Positions 43,821 through 52,546 of a stretch of 54,317 bases of DNA are shown here, in pieces. Below the pieces are notes generated by a model. The model saw nothing but the letters and a program-made list of their open reading frames with translations, was not told where the DNA came from and did not search any database. Origin of the DNA: Candidatus Omnitrophota bacterium (GTDB taxonomy: Bacteria > Omnitrophota > Gorgyraeia > Gorgyraeales > Gorgyraeaceae); the NCBI GenBank assembly GCA_043822665.1, contig JBDRBM010000016.1:1-54317 (forward strand), written 5' to 3'. The position numbers and the translations under genes are program-made. Within the stretch, counting starts at the first letter, position 1. Each line of letters begins with the position of its first letter.

Positions 43821-44780
43821 ATGAAACTCGTTGATATTTACAATACAGTAGTGAATTTTGGCATGAATAAGGACCCTCGGGGCAAAGAAAAGGTAAAAAA
43901 AGAGCTACTAAGGGCAAAAAAGGAATTCGAAGGTTTAAACAAGCTTGAAAAGGAATCTTATGATCAGGAGAGACTTGTCCATCCGTATAGTGATACGCGT
44001 ATTGTGTACGGGAAAAAGGATACAGAAGTCAAGGCTATTCTCGTGGGTATAGATATAGAGATAGGTGAGGTGCTTTTGGCTGAGAGATTAAAAGAAAAAG
44101 GCGCGCAGATAGACCTTTTGTTCTCTCATCACCCGGAAGGTTTGGCGCTTGCAGGTTTTTATAATGTGATGTATATGCAGATTGATATATTGAATAAGAT
44201 GGGAGTGCCTATAAATGTGGCTGAATCCCTGATGTTAGATCGTATTAAGGAAGTTGAAAGAAAGATCCTGCCAGCCAACCACTTTCGTTCAGTGGATGCG
44301 GCCAGGCTTTTGGATATGGCCTTCATGACATGCCATACCCCCGCAGATAACTGCGTGGCGTCATATCTGCAAAAAATGATGGATAAGGAAATGCCAGATA
44401 CATTGGGAGATATAATAGAGATACTAAGTACTATACCTGAGTACAGAGAGTCAGCAAAGCAGGGGGCTTCGCCAAAGATCATAAGGGGTTTCTCTTCAAG
44501 TAAGGCGGGTAAGATTTTTGTTGATATGACAGGCGGGACAGAAGGCTCGAAAAACATATTTGCCAAACTTTCCCAGGCAGGCGTATCAACGCTTGTATGC
44601 ATGCACCTTAGTGAAGATCATTTTAATAAAGCCAAGGAAGAACATATGAACGTAATTATAGCAGGTCATATTGCTAGCGATAACATAGGGTTAAACATCA
44701 TACTTGATGAGCTGGAGAAAAAGGACAAGTTTAAGATAATTCCCTGCTCAGGGTTTAGAAAATTTTCTAGAACGAAATAA
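43821..44780 (+). CDS. NIF3-like dinuclear metal center protein
   Basis: SHHPEG, CHTPADN and AGHIASDNIG correspond to the NIF3 HHP / HTxxD / GHxxSE metal-ligand motifs. The ATG at 43821 follows SD caggagga. Confidence 0.55.
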   Translation: MKLVDIYNTVVNFGMNKDPRGKEKVKKELLRAKKEFEGLNKLEKESYDQERLVHPYSDTRIVYGKKDTEVKAILVGIDIEIGEVLLAERLKEKGAQIDLLFSHHPEGLALAGFYNVMYMQIDILNKMGVPINVAESLMLDRIKEVERKILPANHFRSVDAARLLDMAFMTCHTPADNCVASYLQKMMDKEMPDTLGDIIEILSTIPEYRESAKQGASPKIIRGFSSSKAGKIFVDMTGGTEGSKNIFAKLSQAGVSTLVCMHLSEDHFNKAKEEHMNVIIAGHIASDNIGLNIILDELEKKDKFKIIPCSGFRKFSRTK

Positions 44781-44784
44781 CAAT

Positions 44785-44849
44785 GAGCTGTCAGCCTTCA
44801 GCGGTCAGCCTTCAACAGCTGACAGCTGAAGGCTGACAGCTGATAGCTC
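44785..44849. repeat. Heptad-periodic inverted repeat, family B copy 3
   Basis: tgtcagc cttcagc ggtcagc cttcaac a gctgaca gctgaag gctgaca gctgata. Includes a perfect 17-bp stem (44786-44802 / 44825-44841). Ends 4 nt before the dnaG ATG. Confidence 0.9.
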
Positions 44850-44853
44850 AATT

Positions 44854-46650
44854 ATGGCAAAAATCTCAGAACACATATTAAACGAAATTCAGGATAGGTG
44901 CGACATAGTAGAAATAATCTCGTCTTATGTGCCGCTGAACCCTGCTGGGAGAAACTTCAAGGCGCTTTGCCCGTTCCATCATGAAAAGACGCCTTCTTTT
45001 GTAGTAAGCCCTGATAAGCAGATATACCATTGCTTTGGCTGCAATTCTGGAGGCAATGTGTTTAATTTTGTAAAGGAGTATGAAAAGATAGATTTTATAG
45101 ACGCTGTTAAGATGCTGGCTGAAAAAACAGGCGTAAAACTTCCTGAATATAAGAAAGAAAAAAGCGAAGACGCATCGCTTGCAAGCGCAATTTATACTAC
45201 AAACGATATCGCGGCAGACTTTTACAGCGGCTCACTGGCAAAGCGCGCCGCTTCGTCGGATGTGCAGCGCTATATTGAAAAAAGAGGCATTGAAAACGCG
45301 ATAGCAAAAAAATTCAGGCTTGGTTATACTGACAGTTCGTGGAGATCCCTGACGGATTACCTGATGCAGAGGGGCATCAAACATGACGTTGCCTTAAAGG
45401 CGGGTTTGATCTTGAAAGGCAAGGACAACTCCTATTACGATCTTTTCAGAAACAGGCTTGTGTTTCCTATATTCGATGCAAGGGGAAGGGTTTTAGGTTT
45501 TGGCGCGAGGGTCCTGGATAGCTCACTTCCAAAGTATATAAATTCTCCTGAGACCTTGGTATACAAAAAGGCTCAGCATCTTTATGGACTTAATTTCGCA
45601 AGGGATTATATAAGAGAAAGAGGTTTTGCTGTAATTACAGAGGGATATCTTGATGTAATTACCAGTCATCAGTACGGGGTAAATAACACGATCTCCTCAT
45701 TGGGTACTGCTCTTACAGTGGACCAGATAAGGCTCTTAAGGAGATATACCAATAACGTTATCATGGTTTATGATGCGGATCAGGCGGGACAGATGGCAAC
45801 GCTCAGGGGGTTGGATCTGTTATTAGAAGAGGGCATGAATGTGAAGATAGCTTGTCTTGAAAAAGGACACGATCCCGACAGTTTTATAAGAAAATTTGGG
45901 CCTCGCGGTTTCGATGTATCTATAAAAAAGGCAAAGAACCTTTTTGAATATAAGCTCGACATTTTAAAAGAAAAATTTAACATAGATGAACCTGAAGCCA
46001 AGGCTGAGATAGTTAAAGAAATGCTTAGCTCTATCAGCAGAGTGAGAAACGCTGTTATAAAAGCCGAGTTTATAAAGAATCTTTCAGCTGAGCTTACCAT
46101 AAGAGAAGAGGCTATATGGGAAGAACTGAAGAAGACAGGCAAAAGAAATAGGCAATCCATTGGTTTTGTTCGCAGCAGGCAAGAAACAGAAGACAGCCAG
46201 CAGATAACAAAGAAATCTATCAATATATCACCGGCTGAGAAAATACTACTCAGGCTCATGATAGAGGATAATAATGTAGTAAATGTAGTCAAAAAGGATC
46301 TTCAGTCGTTTGATTTTAAAAATCCTGATATTAAGCAGCTTATCGAGATGTTGTTTAGCTTCGATACGGAGAAGGCTTTTGTAGATGCGCGAAGGCTCAT
46401 AAATTATCTCGAAGGCAAAGTATCCCCGCATATAATATCTTTTATTATTAACGATGAGGTCGAGATAAAGGATAAGGAAAGAAACATAAGGGATTGTATA
46501 AAGGTAATAAAAAAGGAAAATATAGACCGTCAATTAAAGGATATACAGAATAGGTTATCAATAGCGCAGAAGAACGGATATAAAGATGAGGCAAAGGGCT
46601 TATTGGAGGAATTTAACAGGTTAATAAAAACAGGGGGCAGAGAGTTATGA
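44854..46650 (+). CDS. dnaG: DNA primase
   Basis: Zinc finger [11 protein letters not shown]...CFGC, TOPRIM domain ([15 protein letters not shown]). Confidence 0.92.
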   Translation: MAKISEHILNEIQDRCDIVEIISSYVPLNPAGRNFKALCPFHHEKTPSFVVSPDKQIYHCFGCNSGGNVFNFVKEYEKIDFIDAVKMLAEKTGVKLPEYKKEKSEDASLASAIYTTNDIAADFYSGSLAKRAASSDVQRYIEKRGIENAIAKKFRLGYTDSSWRSLTDYLMQRGIKHDVALKAGLILKGKDNSYYDLFRNRLVFPIFDARGRVLGFGARVLDSSLPKYINSPETLVYKKAQHLYGLNFARDYIRERGFAVITEGYLDVITSHQYGVNNTISSLGTALTVDQIRLLRRYTNNVIMVYDADQAGQMATLRGLDLLLEEGMNVKIACLEKGHDPDSFIRKFGPRGFDVSIKKAKNLFEYKLDILKEKFNIDEPEAKAEIVKEMLSSISRVRNAVIKAEFIKNLSAELTIREEAIWEELKKTGKRNRQSIGFVRSRQETEDSQQITKKSINISPAEKILLRLMIEDNNVVNVVKKDLQSFDFKNPDIKQLIEMLFSFDTEKAFVDARRLINYLEGKVSPHIISFIINDEVEIKDKERNIRDCIKVIKKENIDRQLKDIQNRLSIAQKNGYKDEAKGLLEEFNRLIKTGGREL

Positions 46651-48248
46651 GAAAAAAAGAAAAATCCAAAGGAAAAACGAAGAACACGAACGGCTATTTC
46701 GATAAGCTGATAGCGCTGGGGAAAGAAAAGGGTCATCTGACTTATGAGGAGATAAATAACACCTTGCCAGAGGAAATTATTTCTTCTGATCAGATAGAAA
46801 AGGTTTTTAGCGCCTTAGACAATGAAAAGATAGAAATTGTGGATTCTGAGGAGGAGTACAAAGAACGCCACAAGAAAGACAGCGAGAGTGAAACAAATAA
46901 AAGCGGGCATGATAATCAGAAAGAGGAAGCCGCGCAGGAGAATGCCCCTACCAGCATAGAGGATCCGGTGAAGATGTATCTAAGGCAGATGGGCCAGATA
47001 CCGCTTCTGACCAGAGAAGAAGAAGTAAAGCTCGCCCAGGAAATAGAGAAAGCAGAAGAAGAATATAAAAGGATTGTCTTGAGCTGCCCGTATATAAAAG
47101 ACCCGGTGCTTTCTATAGCAGGCGAAATGTTGACACAGCAAGTTAATATAGAAGAGATAATAAAAGAAGAACCTAATGTGAAAAAAGAGGCTGATATATT
47201 AAAGAAGATCGAAAGACTAGTGCGTAAAATACGCGCATCCAGAAGAGGCCGCAATATAATGGAATATTGCCTGGAATTAAAATTCTGCACTTCTGTCATA
47301 GAAAGCCTGGCTAAGAAGATAAGGGCTGCGATATCAGAAATGGATTCTATTGACAGGGAAATTCACCGCATGAGAAAGCGAAAGATGAGAGGTAATATAA
47401 AATCTTTTGAAAGAAAAAAGAAAGAGATAGAGTCCATGTTTGGTAAAAAACATGAAGAGATAAAAAAAGATTTTGCTTTGATAAGAAAAAAGGCCTTGAA
47501 ATTTAACAGGGTTAAAAAGGCAATGGTAGAAGCGAATCTAAGGCTTGTTGTAAGCATTGCCAAAAAATATACAAACAGGGGGCTTTCTTTTCTGGACCTT
47601 ATCCAGGAGGGCAATATCGGTTTGATGAAGGCTGTTGAGAAATTCGAATATAGGCGAGGGTATAAATTTTCTACGTATGCAACATGGTGGATACGCCAGG
47701 CTGTTACGCGCTCTATCGCTGACCAGGCCAGGACTATAAGGATACCAGTGCACATGACCGAGACCATAAATAAACTCATCAGGGTTTCCAGGATACTGGT
47801 GCAGGAAAACGGCAGAGAGCCAGCGGCCGAAGAGATAGCTTCTGAGATGAGGATGAGCGTTGAAAAGGTTAGAAGCATATTAAAGATAGCCCAGGAGCCG
47901 ATTTCTTTACAGACGCCTATTGGAGATGAAGGAGATACTAATTTCGGTGATTTTATAGAAGACAAGAAAGCGGTTTCACCAGCCAACGCTACTGCCTATA
48001 CCATGCTAAAAGAGGAAATGGATAAAATACTTGACACTCTGACTGAGAGAGAAAAAAGGGTCCTGAGGCTGAGGTTCGGAATAGGTGATGGTTACCCAAG
48101 AACGCTTGAAGAAGTAGGCAGTATCTTTAATGTAACAAGAGAAAGGGTTAGACAGATAGAGGCAAAGGCACTGAGAAAATTAAGACATCCAACCAGAAGC
48201 AGAAGGTTGAAGAATTTTCTTGAGATGGCCTTTGGCCAGGAAGTATAA
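46647..48248 (+). CDS. rpoD: RNA polymerase sigma factor RpoD
   Basis: Regions 1.2-4.2 recognisable: [67 protein letters not shown]. Confidence 0.95.
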   Translation: MRKKEKSKGKTKNTNGYFDKLIALGKEKGHLTYEEINNTLPEEIISSDQIEKVFSALDNEKIEIVDSEEEYKERHKKDSESETNKSGHDNQKEEAAQENAPTSIEDPVKMYLRQMGQIPLLTREEEVKLAQEIEKAEEEYKRIVLSCPYIKDPVLSIAGEMLTQQVNIEEIIKEEPNVKKEADILKKIERLVRKIRASRRGRNIMEYCLELKFCTSVIESLAKKIRAAISEMDSIDREIHRMRKRKMRGNIKSFERKKKEIESMFGKKHEEIKKDFALIRKKALKFNRVKKAMVEANLRLVVSIAKKYTNRGLSFLDLIQEGNIGLMKAVEKFEYRRGYKFSTYATWWIRQAVTRSIADQARTIRIPVHMTETINKLIRVSRILVQENGREPAAEEIASEMRMSVEKVRSILKIAQEPISLQTPIGDEGDTNFGDFIEDKKAVSPANATAYTMLKEEMDKILDTLTEREKRVLRLRFGIGDGYPRTLEEVGSIFNVTRERVRQIEAKALRKLRHPTRSRRLKNFLEMAFGQEV

Positions 48249-48252
48249 TGTC

Positions 48253-49170
48253 GTGAATCGGGTTTCGGGTGCTGGGTGTCGTGTTGGAATAAGGGCCAGA
48301 TGGTTAAGTCTGGCCCTTATTTTATGCATAATCTTAATTAGCGATCCTTGTCTTGCGGATTTCAGATTTGCGGTAATGGGCGATAGCAGAGGAGATGAAG
48401 ACGGGATCAATAAAAATGTATTAAACAATCTTTTAGAGCAGGCTAAGGCAGCTAACGTTGAATTTGTTGTTTTTGTGGGAGATCTTATAACAGGGTCAAA
48501 ACACAGAGAAATACACAAAAGAAGATTGGTTAAATGGAAAGATCTTACAGAAGAATACGGCATACCTGTGTATATTGCCCTAGGAAATCATGAGATAACA
48601 TCCGAGACATCAGAGGATATATTCAGATCTCTCTTTGAGATGCCAGATAACGGCCCCGCTAGTTTTAAAGAATTAGCTTATTCTTTTGATTACAAAAACT
48701 CCCATTTTGTTATACTTGATACTAACCTATATAATAATTTTCATAGGCTAGGGGCTCCTCAGCTTGAATGGCTCAAAAACGACCTTGCCGTAAACAAAAA
48801 AGACATTATTTTTGTTTTTGGCCATGAACCTGCTTATCCTGTTGCTCATCATTTACGAGAATCATTAGATCTGTTTCCTTCCGAGAGGGATGAATTATGG
48901 AAAATTTTCCATAATAGCGGCGTTTCTGTTTATTTTTGCGGCCACGAACATCTGTACAACAAGTCTATTCACGGGAAAGTTTACCAGCTTATCACTGGAG
49001 GCGCTGGCGCTAAACTGCGTACAACCGTTGAGCAGGGTGGGTTTTATCACTTTGTGATTGTTGATGTGATGGATAATGGTGATTTCGAAATAACCGTTAA
49101 GGATATCAAAGGCAAAATAAGAGATAATTTTATGGTATGGAATTTCAAAAAGCAAAATTCCAACCACTGA
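48253..49170 (+). CDS. calcineurin-like metallophosphoesterase with N-terminal signal/anchor
   Basis: FAVMGDSRGD, VFVGDLI, LGNHE, FGHEP and GHEH motifs. No ATG precedes motif I. GTG at 48253 (SD aggaag 9 nt upstream) or TTG at 48220 (ORF track). Confidence 0.75.
   Translation: MNRVSGAGCRVGIRARWLSLALILCIILISDPCLADFRFAVMGDSRGDEDGINKNVLNNLLEQAKAANVEFVVFVGDLITGSKHREIHKRRLVKWKDLTEEYGIPVYIALGNHEITSETSEDIFRSLFEMPDNGPASFKELAYSFDYKNSHFVILDTNLYNNFHRLGAPQLEWLKNDLAVNKKDIIFVFGHEPAYPVAHHLRESLDLFPSERDELWKIFHNSGVSVYFCGHEHLYNKSIHGKVYQLITGGAGAKLRTTVEQGGFYHFVIVDVMDNGDFEITVKDIKGKIRDNFMVWNFKKQNSNH
48288..48327 (+). terminator. terminator-like hairpin downstream of rpoD (inside the next CDS)
   Basis: 13-bp stem aataagggccaga / tctggcccttatt with an 8-nt loop, followed by a T-rich run. 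Confidence 0.4.
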
Positions 49171-49209
49171 AAATCTCTCAAAAAGTTACCACCGAAGGCG
49201 ATTTTCTTG

Positions 49210-49238
49210 TTGTCAAAAGAGGACGTATGTAGTAGAAT
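49210..49238 (+). promoter_or_regulatory. sigma70-type promoter between the two duplicate copies
   Basis: ttgtca (49210-49215), 17-nt spacer, tagaat (49233-49238). Confidence 0.5.
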
Positions 49239-49298
49239 TAATTAATGGTATGGAATTTCAAAAAGCAAAATTCCAACCACTGAAAATCTCAGGAAGTT

Positions 49299-49320
49299 AT
49301 CGCCGAAGGCGATTTTCTTG
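49299..49320 (+). terminator. short Rho-independent terminator/attenuator hairpin
   Basis: atcgcc gaa ggcgat followed by tttcttg. The first duplicate copy carries a weaker version. Confidence 0.4.
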
Positions 49321-49389
49321 GAAATGAAAGAGTTTTAAGACCACACGCTCTGCGCTGTGCCCTATGCGCCATGCGAAAAGGAGGACATT

Positions 49390-50016
49390 ATGAAATGGAT
49401 AAAAAAGTTCGTGTTTTATATAATGATCGGCCTATTTGTATCAGGTTGTGCTGCAAGTACTAAGACAGCGGTAAAATCAACTCCAGTTTCTCCCGCGCCC
49501 GAACATCTGGTAGTAGTAGAGCCAGTTGTTGAAAAAGAAGCGGTTAAAGAAGCGCCTGTTGTTGTCAAGGTCTCTCAAGTTCGAGAGACTGTTCTCCCTG
49601 CTAGAATTACATATGCCCAGGTTACAAATTTGATCGACGAATTTCTTGATATTAAGGCGGCAGATAACATCTCTGGCCAACCGCATTACATAGGCACATC
49701 TGAAAATAAACTAGTGACATTAGAAATAATAGGAGAGAATGACAACATCGCGATAGCATCCATAAAGCTTATTTATCCTAAAGACATAGAATCCGTGAAT
49801 GCCGATTTAAACAATGCGATGATGCTCAGGTTTTTAAAAAATGTAGCGCCCGAGATTAAGGACTGGCCGTCAAATATTCAAGATATAATAAACAGGTTTT
49901 ATTCATTGCGGCTCGGAGAAAAAAAAGAAGAGAATATATCATCAAACAATAAGAATATAAAAATTGTATGCGATGAGAACGAAGGAGCCATTATTATAAC
50001 AGCCATATATAGGTAG
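49390..50016 (+). CDS. lipoprotein, unknown function
   Basis: The ATG at 49390 follows SD aaaaggagg. Signal peptide with lipobox FVSGC. The ORF track starts at 49357. Confidence 0.6.
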   Translation: MKWIKKFVFYIMIGLFVSGCAASTKTAVKSTPVSPAPEHLVVVEPVVEKEAVKEAPVVVKVSQVRETVLPARITYAQVTNLIDEFLDIKAADNISGQPHYIGTSENKLVTLEIIGENDNIAIASIKLIYPKDIESVNADLNNAMMLRFLKNVAPEIKDWPSNIQDIINRFYSLRLGEKKEENISSNNKNIKIVCDENEGAIIITAIYR

Positions 50017-50061
50017 CACCTGTAATATTCTTCGAACCTGCCCCGAACTTGCCTAGTCGTC

Positions 50062-50100
50062 AGGGCACGTTTAAACGTGCCCTACAATTGTGGATAACTT
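50062..50100. repeat. Family A copy 5 (short)
   Basis: 22-bp palindrome agggcacg tttaaa cgtgccct followed by acaat tgtggataactt. Confidence 0.7.
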
Positions 50101-50162
50101 ATTGTATGGATACTAATTTGGACACTAACAGCCTTAGATTATCCCTCCAAATAAATTTTTCC

Positions 50163-50191
50163 TTGTCATAACATATTTCAAATGATATAAT
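50163..50191 (+). promoter_or_regulatory. sigma70-type promoter for the tRNA cluster
   Basis: ttgtca (50163-50168), 17-nt spacer, tataat (50186-50191). Confidence 0.6.
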
Positions 50192-50280
50192 TACTAAACT
50201 ATAAACAAGAGGTCCTTCGGCGACTAAAATGCTCTCATTCGTTCGCATTTCTTTTGGACCGTCAAGTAGTAAAATAAGTG

Positions 50281-50357
50281 GGGCCCATAGCTCAGTTGGT
50301 TAGAGCACCTGACTCATAATCAGGTGGTCCAAGGTTCGAGTCCTTGTGGGCCCACCA
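50281..50357 (+). tRNA. tRNA with CAT anticodon (elongator Met, or Ile2 if lysidine-modified)
   Basis: Hand-folded cloverleaf. Acceptor gggccca/tgggccc, anticodon stem-loop cctga ctCATaa tcagg (not initiator-like), T-loop ttcgagt, encoded CCA. The C4:G69 and C5:G68 pairs are reminiscent of tRNA-Ile2. Confidence 0.85.
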
Positions 50358-50526
50358 CAGTAACTATCGGACCTTAATAAGATTATACCAGGGGGTTACA
50401 GGGGGAAAAGATTGTTTTCCCCCTGTCATATAAGCTCCTTCGCGGAAGAAGGAAAAACATTAAAAAGGAAACATCAGGTTTCCTTTTTAAGGAGCGAGTA
50501 TCTGGGCTTTAGAGGAGGCGAGCGAC

Positions 50527-50552
50527 AGGTTCGAGTCCTTGTGGGCCCACCA
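50527..50552 (+). repeat. Exact 26-nt copy of the tRNA(CAT) 3' end
   Basis: aggttcgagtccttgtgggcccacca at 50332-50357 is repeated at 50527-50552. Confidence 0.9.
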
Positions 50553-50633
50553 TTTAGTTCACAGTTGACGGTTCACAGTTGACAGAAAGAACTTTGATTT
50601 TTAGATTATTATCTGTCAACCGTCAACTAAACC

Positions 50634-50710
50634 GGGCGATTAGCTCAGCTGGTTAGAGTGCTGCCCTCACATGGCAGAGGTCACTGGTTCGAGTCCAGTA
50701 TCGCCCACCA
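50634..50710 (+). tRNA. tRNA-Val (anticodon CAC)
   Basis: Hand-folded cloverleaf. Acceptor gggcgat/atcgccc, anticodon loop ctCACat, T-loop ttcgagt, encoded CCA. Confidence 0.9.
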
Positions 50711-50841
50711 GATTTTTGCGTAGCAAAAATCTGTCCCGAGCAGCTCTGATTTTTGAATGTATGCTGTGAGGGGCATAGTAGATGAGTTGATGCGGTTAAC
50801 TGGTTTCCCTCGCCGCTCGGGATGAAACTTAGGAGTATGTT

Positions 50842-51579
50842 TTGGGTCAGACAAAAAATATTAAGGAACAAATAGGTTTTTTAAAGGCCATACAGGTCCT
50901 GGATAAAGAGATTCACTTACTGAATGCAGAAAAGGAGAATTTACCCGTAAGAATAAAGTCTATAGATGAATCCCTTGAAGCCAAGAAAACAGGCATCAAA
51001 GAAGCGGAGACTAATTTAAAGACATTGCAGGTTAAATTAAAAGAAAACGAAATTAGCCTGCAGCAAAAAGAAGAACAGATTAAAAAATTGCAACTGCAGC
51101 TATATCAGCTAAAGACCAATAAGGAATATTCGGCAATGACTCATGAAATAGAAAACACAAAGGCCGATAGCTCCCTTATTGAAGAGGAAATAATAAAATT
51201 AATGGATGGTATAGATGCTGCCAGGAATATGCTGTCCGAGGAAAGAGAAATATTCAAGAAAGAAGAAGAGGTCTCACAAAAAGAAAAAGACGTGATGAAT
51301 GTCAGAGCTAGAGAAATAGATTTAAGGCTCATGCAGCTGACTGGTGAGAGAGAAAAGATAACCCCAAACATTGATAAACAATTATTGGCAGGATATGAGC
51401 GTATACTTCAAAATAGGGAAGGCCTTGCCATAGTGCAGGTAGAATATGGCGCATGCGGAGGTTGTCATTTGAACCTGCCTCCGCAGGTAGTAAACGACGC
51501 GAAACTCAAGGAAGGTATTGTGGTGTGCGGCAACTGTTCCAGGATACTCTACGTGGATGACGATGTCGAGATCGATTGA
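50842..51579 (+). CDS. COG1579-type coiled-coil protein with C-terminal C4 zinc ribbon
   Basis: 245 aa. Long coiled coil, then CGGCHLNLPPQ...CGNCSRILY. TTG start 7 nt after SD aggag. Confidence 0.7.
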   Translation: MGQTKNIKEQIGFLKAIQVLDKEIHLLNAEKENLPVRIKSIDESLEAKKTGIKEAETNLKTLQVKLKENEISLQQKEEQIKKLQLQLYQLKTNKEYSAMTHEIENTKADSSLIEEEIIKLMDGIDAARNMLSEEREIFKKEEEVSQKEKDVMNVRAREIDLRLMQLTGEREKITPNIDKQLLAGYERILQNREGLAIVQVEYGACGGCHLNLPPQVVNDAKLKEGIVVCGNCSRILYVDDDVEID

Positions 51580-51991
51580 GATATTTATAGACGGCGCCTC
51601 AAGGGGAAATCCAGGCCTCTCGGGCATAGGTATTGTTTTTTTTGACGAGAACAAAAATATCGTCAAGAAAATATTTAAATTTATAGGCAATGCAACTAAT
51701 AATATAGCCGAATACACAGCCCTTATTTATGCCCTGCAGGAAGCGCTGATAGATAGATATGAGAATGTTATTGTGAAATCAGACAGTGAGTTATTAACAA
51801 GGCAATTGAGAGGGGAATACAGGGTAAAAAATGAGAATCTCAAGCTTCTTTATGAACAATTCTTGCACCTTTCCCGAGGTTTTAATAATATCGATGTGAT
51901 TAGCATAGACAGAAAGGATAATTCTGCAGCAGACAAGCTTGCCAATAAAGCAATAGATTCAAGGTTAGACAGCTCATTAAAAATAGAATAG
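51557..51991 (+). CDS. rnhA: ribonuclease HI family protein
   Basis: IFIDGASRGNPG, NNIAEYTALIYAL, SDSELL and DNSAADKLAN supply the DEDD catalytic residues. The ATG at 51557 overlaps the upstream gene. Confidence 0.85.
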   Translation: MTMSRSIEIFIDGASRGNPGLSGIGIVFFDENKNIVKKIFKFIGNATNNIAEYTALIYALQEALIDRYENVIVKSDSELLTRQLRGEYRVKNENLKLLYEQFLHLSRGFNNIDVISIDRKDNSAADKLANKAIDSRLDSSLKIE

Positions 51992-52495
51992 GCGCAGGCT
52001 GGATGGCCGCGTTGGTTTATAGGCCTAAAGTTGGATGATCCTTCGGTGCTTTGCACCTAAGGATCATCGGCTTAAATTTAGGTACTAGGGCCGATGAGGA
52101 AAGTCCGGGCTCCGCAGGGCAGCGTAGCGGGTAATACCCGTCATTAACATAGATATGCACGGATCTTCAACGGATTTACGTTGATGTTTTTAGCTGTGTA
52201 GTCTGTGTTAAAAGGATAAGAGCCACAGAGACGAGTAACGGCCGATAAGGCTGTGAGGTGAAACGCGGCAATCTCTACGCGGAGCAAAACCAAATAGGCC
52301 CCGCAGACAAGAATAGCCCGTTCAGAAAGGCGGGGCGGGTAGGTTGCTCGATCCTGGCAGTAATGCCAGGGACAAGATAGATGGTCGTCGCGGTTAGCGC
52401 GAAGCTAGATCCTTCGGATGCTCTTGTTTGTCGCATCCTCGGGATCAATCAGCGCTTCGCGCTGATTGACAGAACCCGGCTTACAGGCCTGCGCC
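51991..52495 (+). ncRNA. rnpB: RNase P RNA, bacterial type A, expanded
   Basis: P4 strands GAGGAAAGTCCGGGCTCC (from ~52096) and ACAGAACCCGGCTTA (52469-52483). GGAGCAAAACCAAATAGG. P18-like cctggca gtaa tgccagg. P1 is ggcgcaggc / gcctgcgcc (51991-51999 / 52487-52495). Confidence 0.9.
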
Positions 52496-52546
52496 TTTGT
52501 TTTCCACCCTTGTTTTTCTTTAATATATATGATATAGTCGGACCAT

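Larger units (their letters stand above)
49132..49320 (+). repeat. Direct duplication of the CDS 3' end plus terminator
   Basis: 49132-49177 and 49245-49290 are identical (46 nt, including the stop codon). Similarity continues through ...ccgaaggcgattttcttg in both copies. Confidence 0.9.

Noticed and set aside
50358-50526. Integrated prophage or genomic island at the tRNA(CAT) gene
   Set aside because: The att-like duplication is real, but the enclosed segment is only 169 nt, with no integrase or cargo. It is reported as a scar or miniature element rather than a mobile island.
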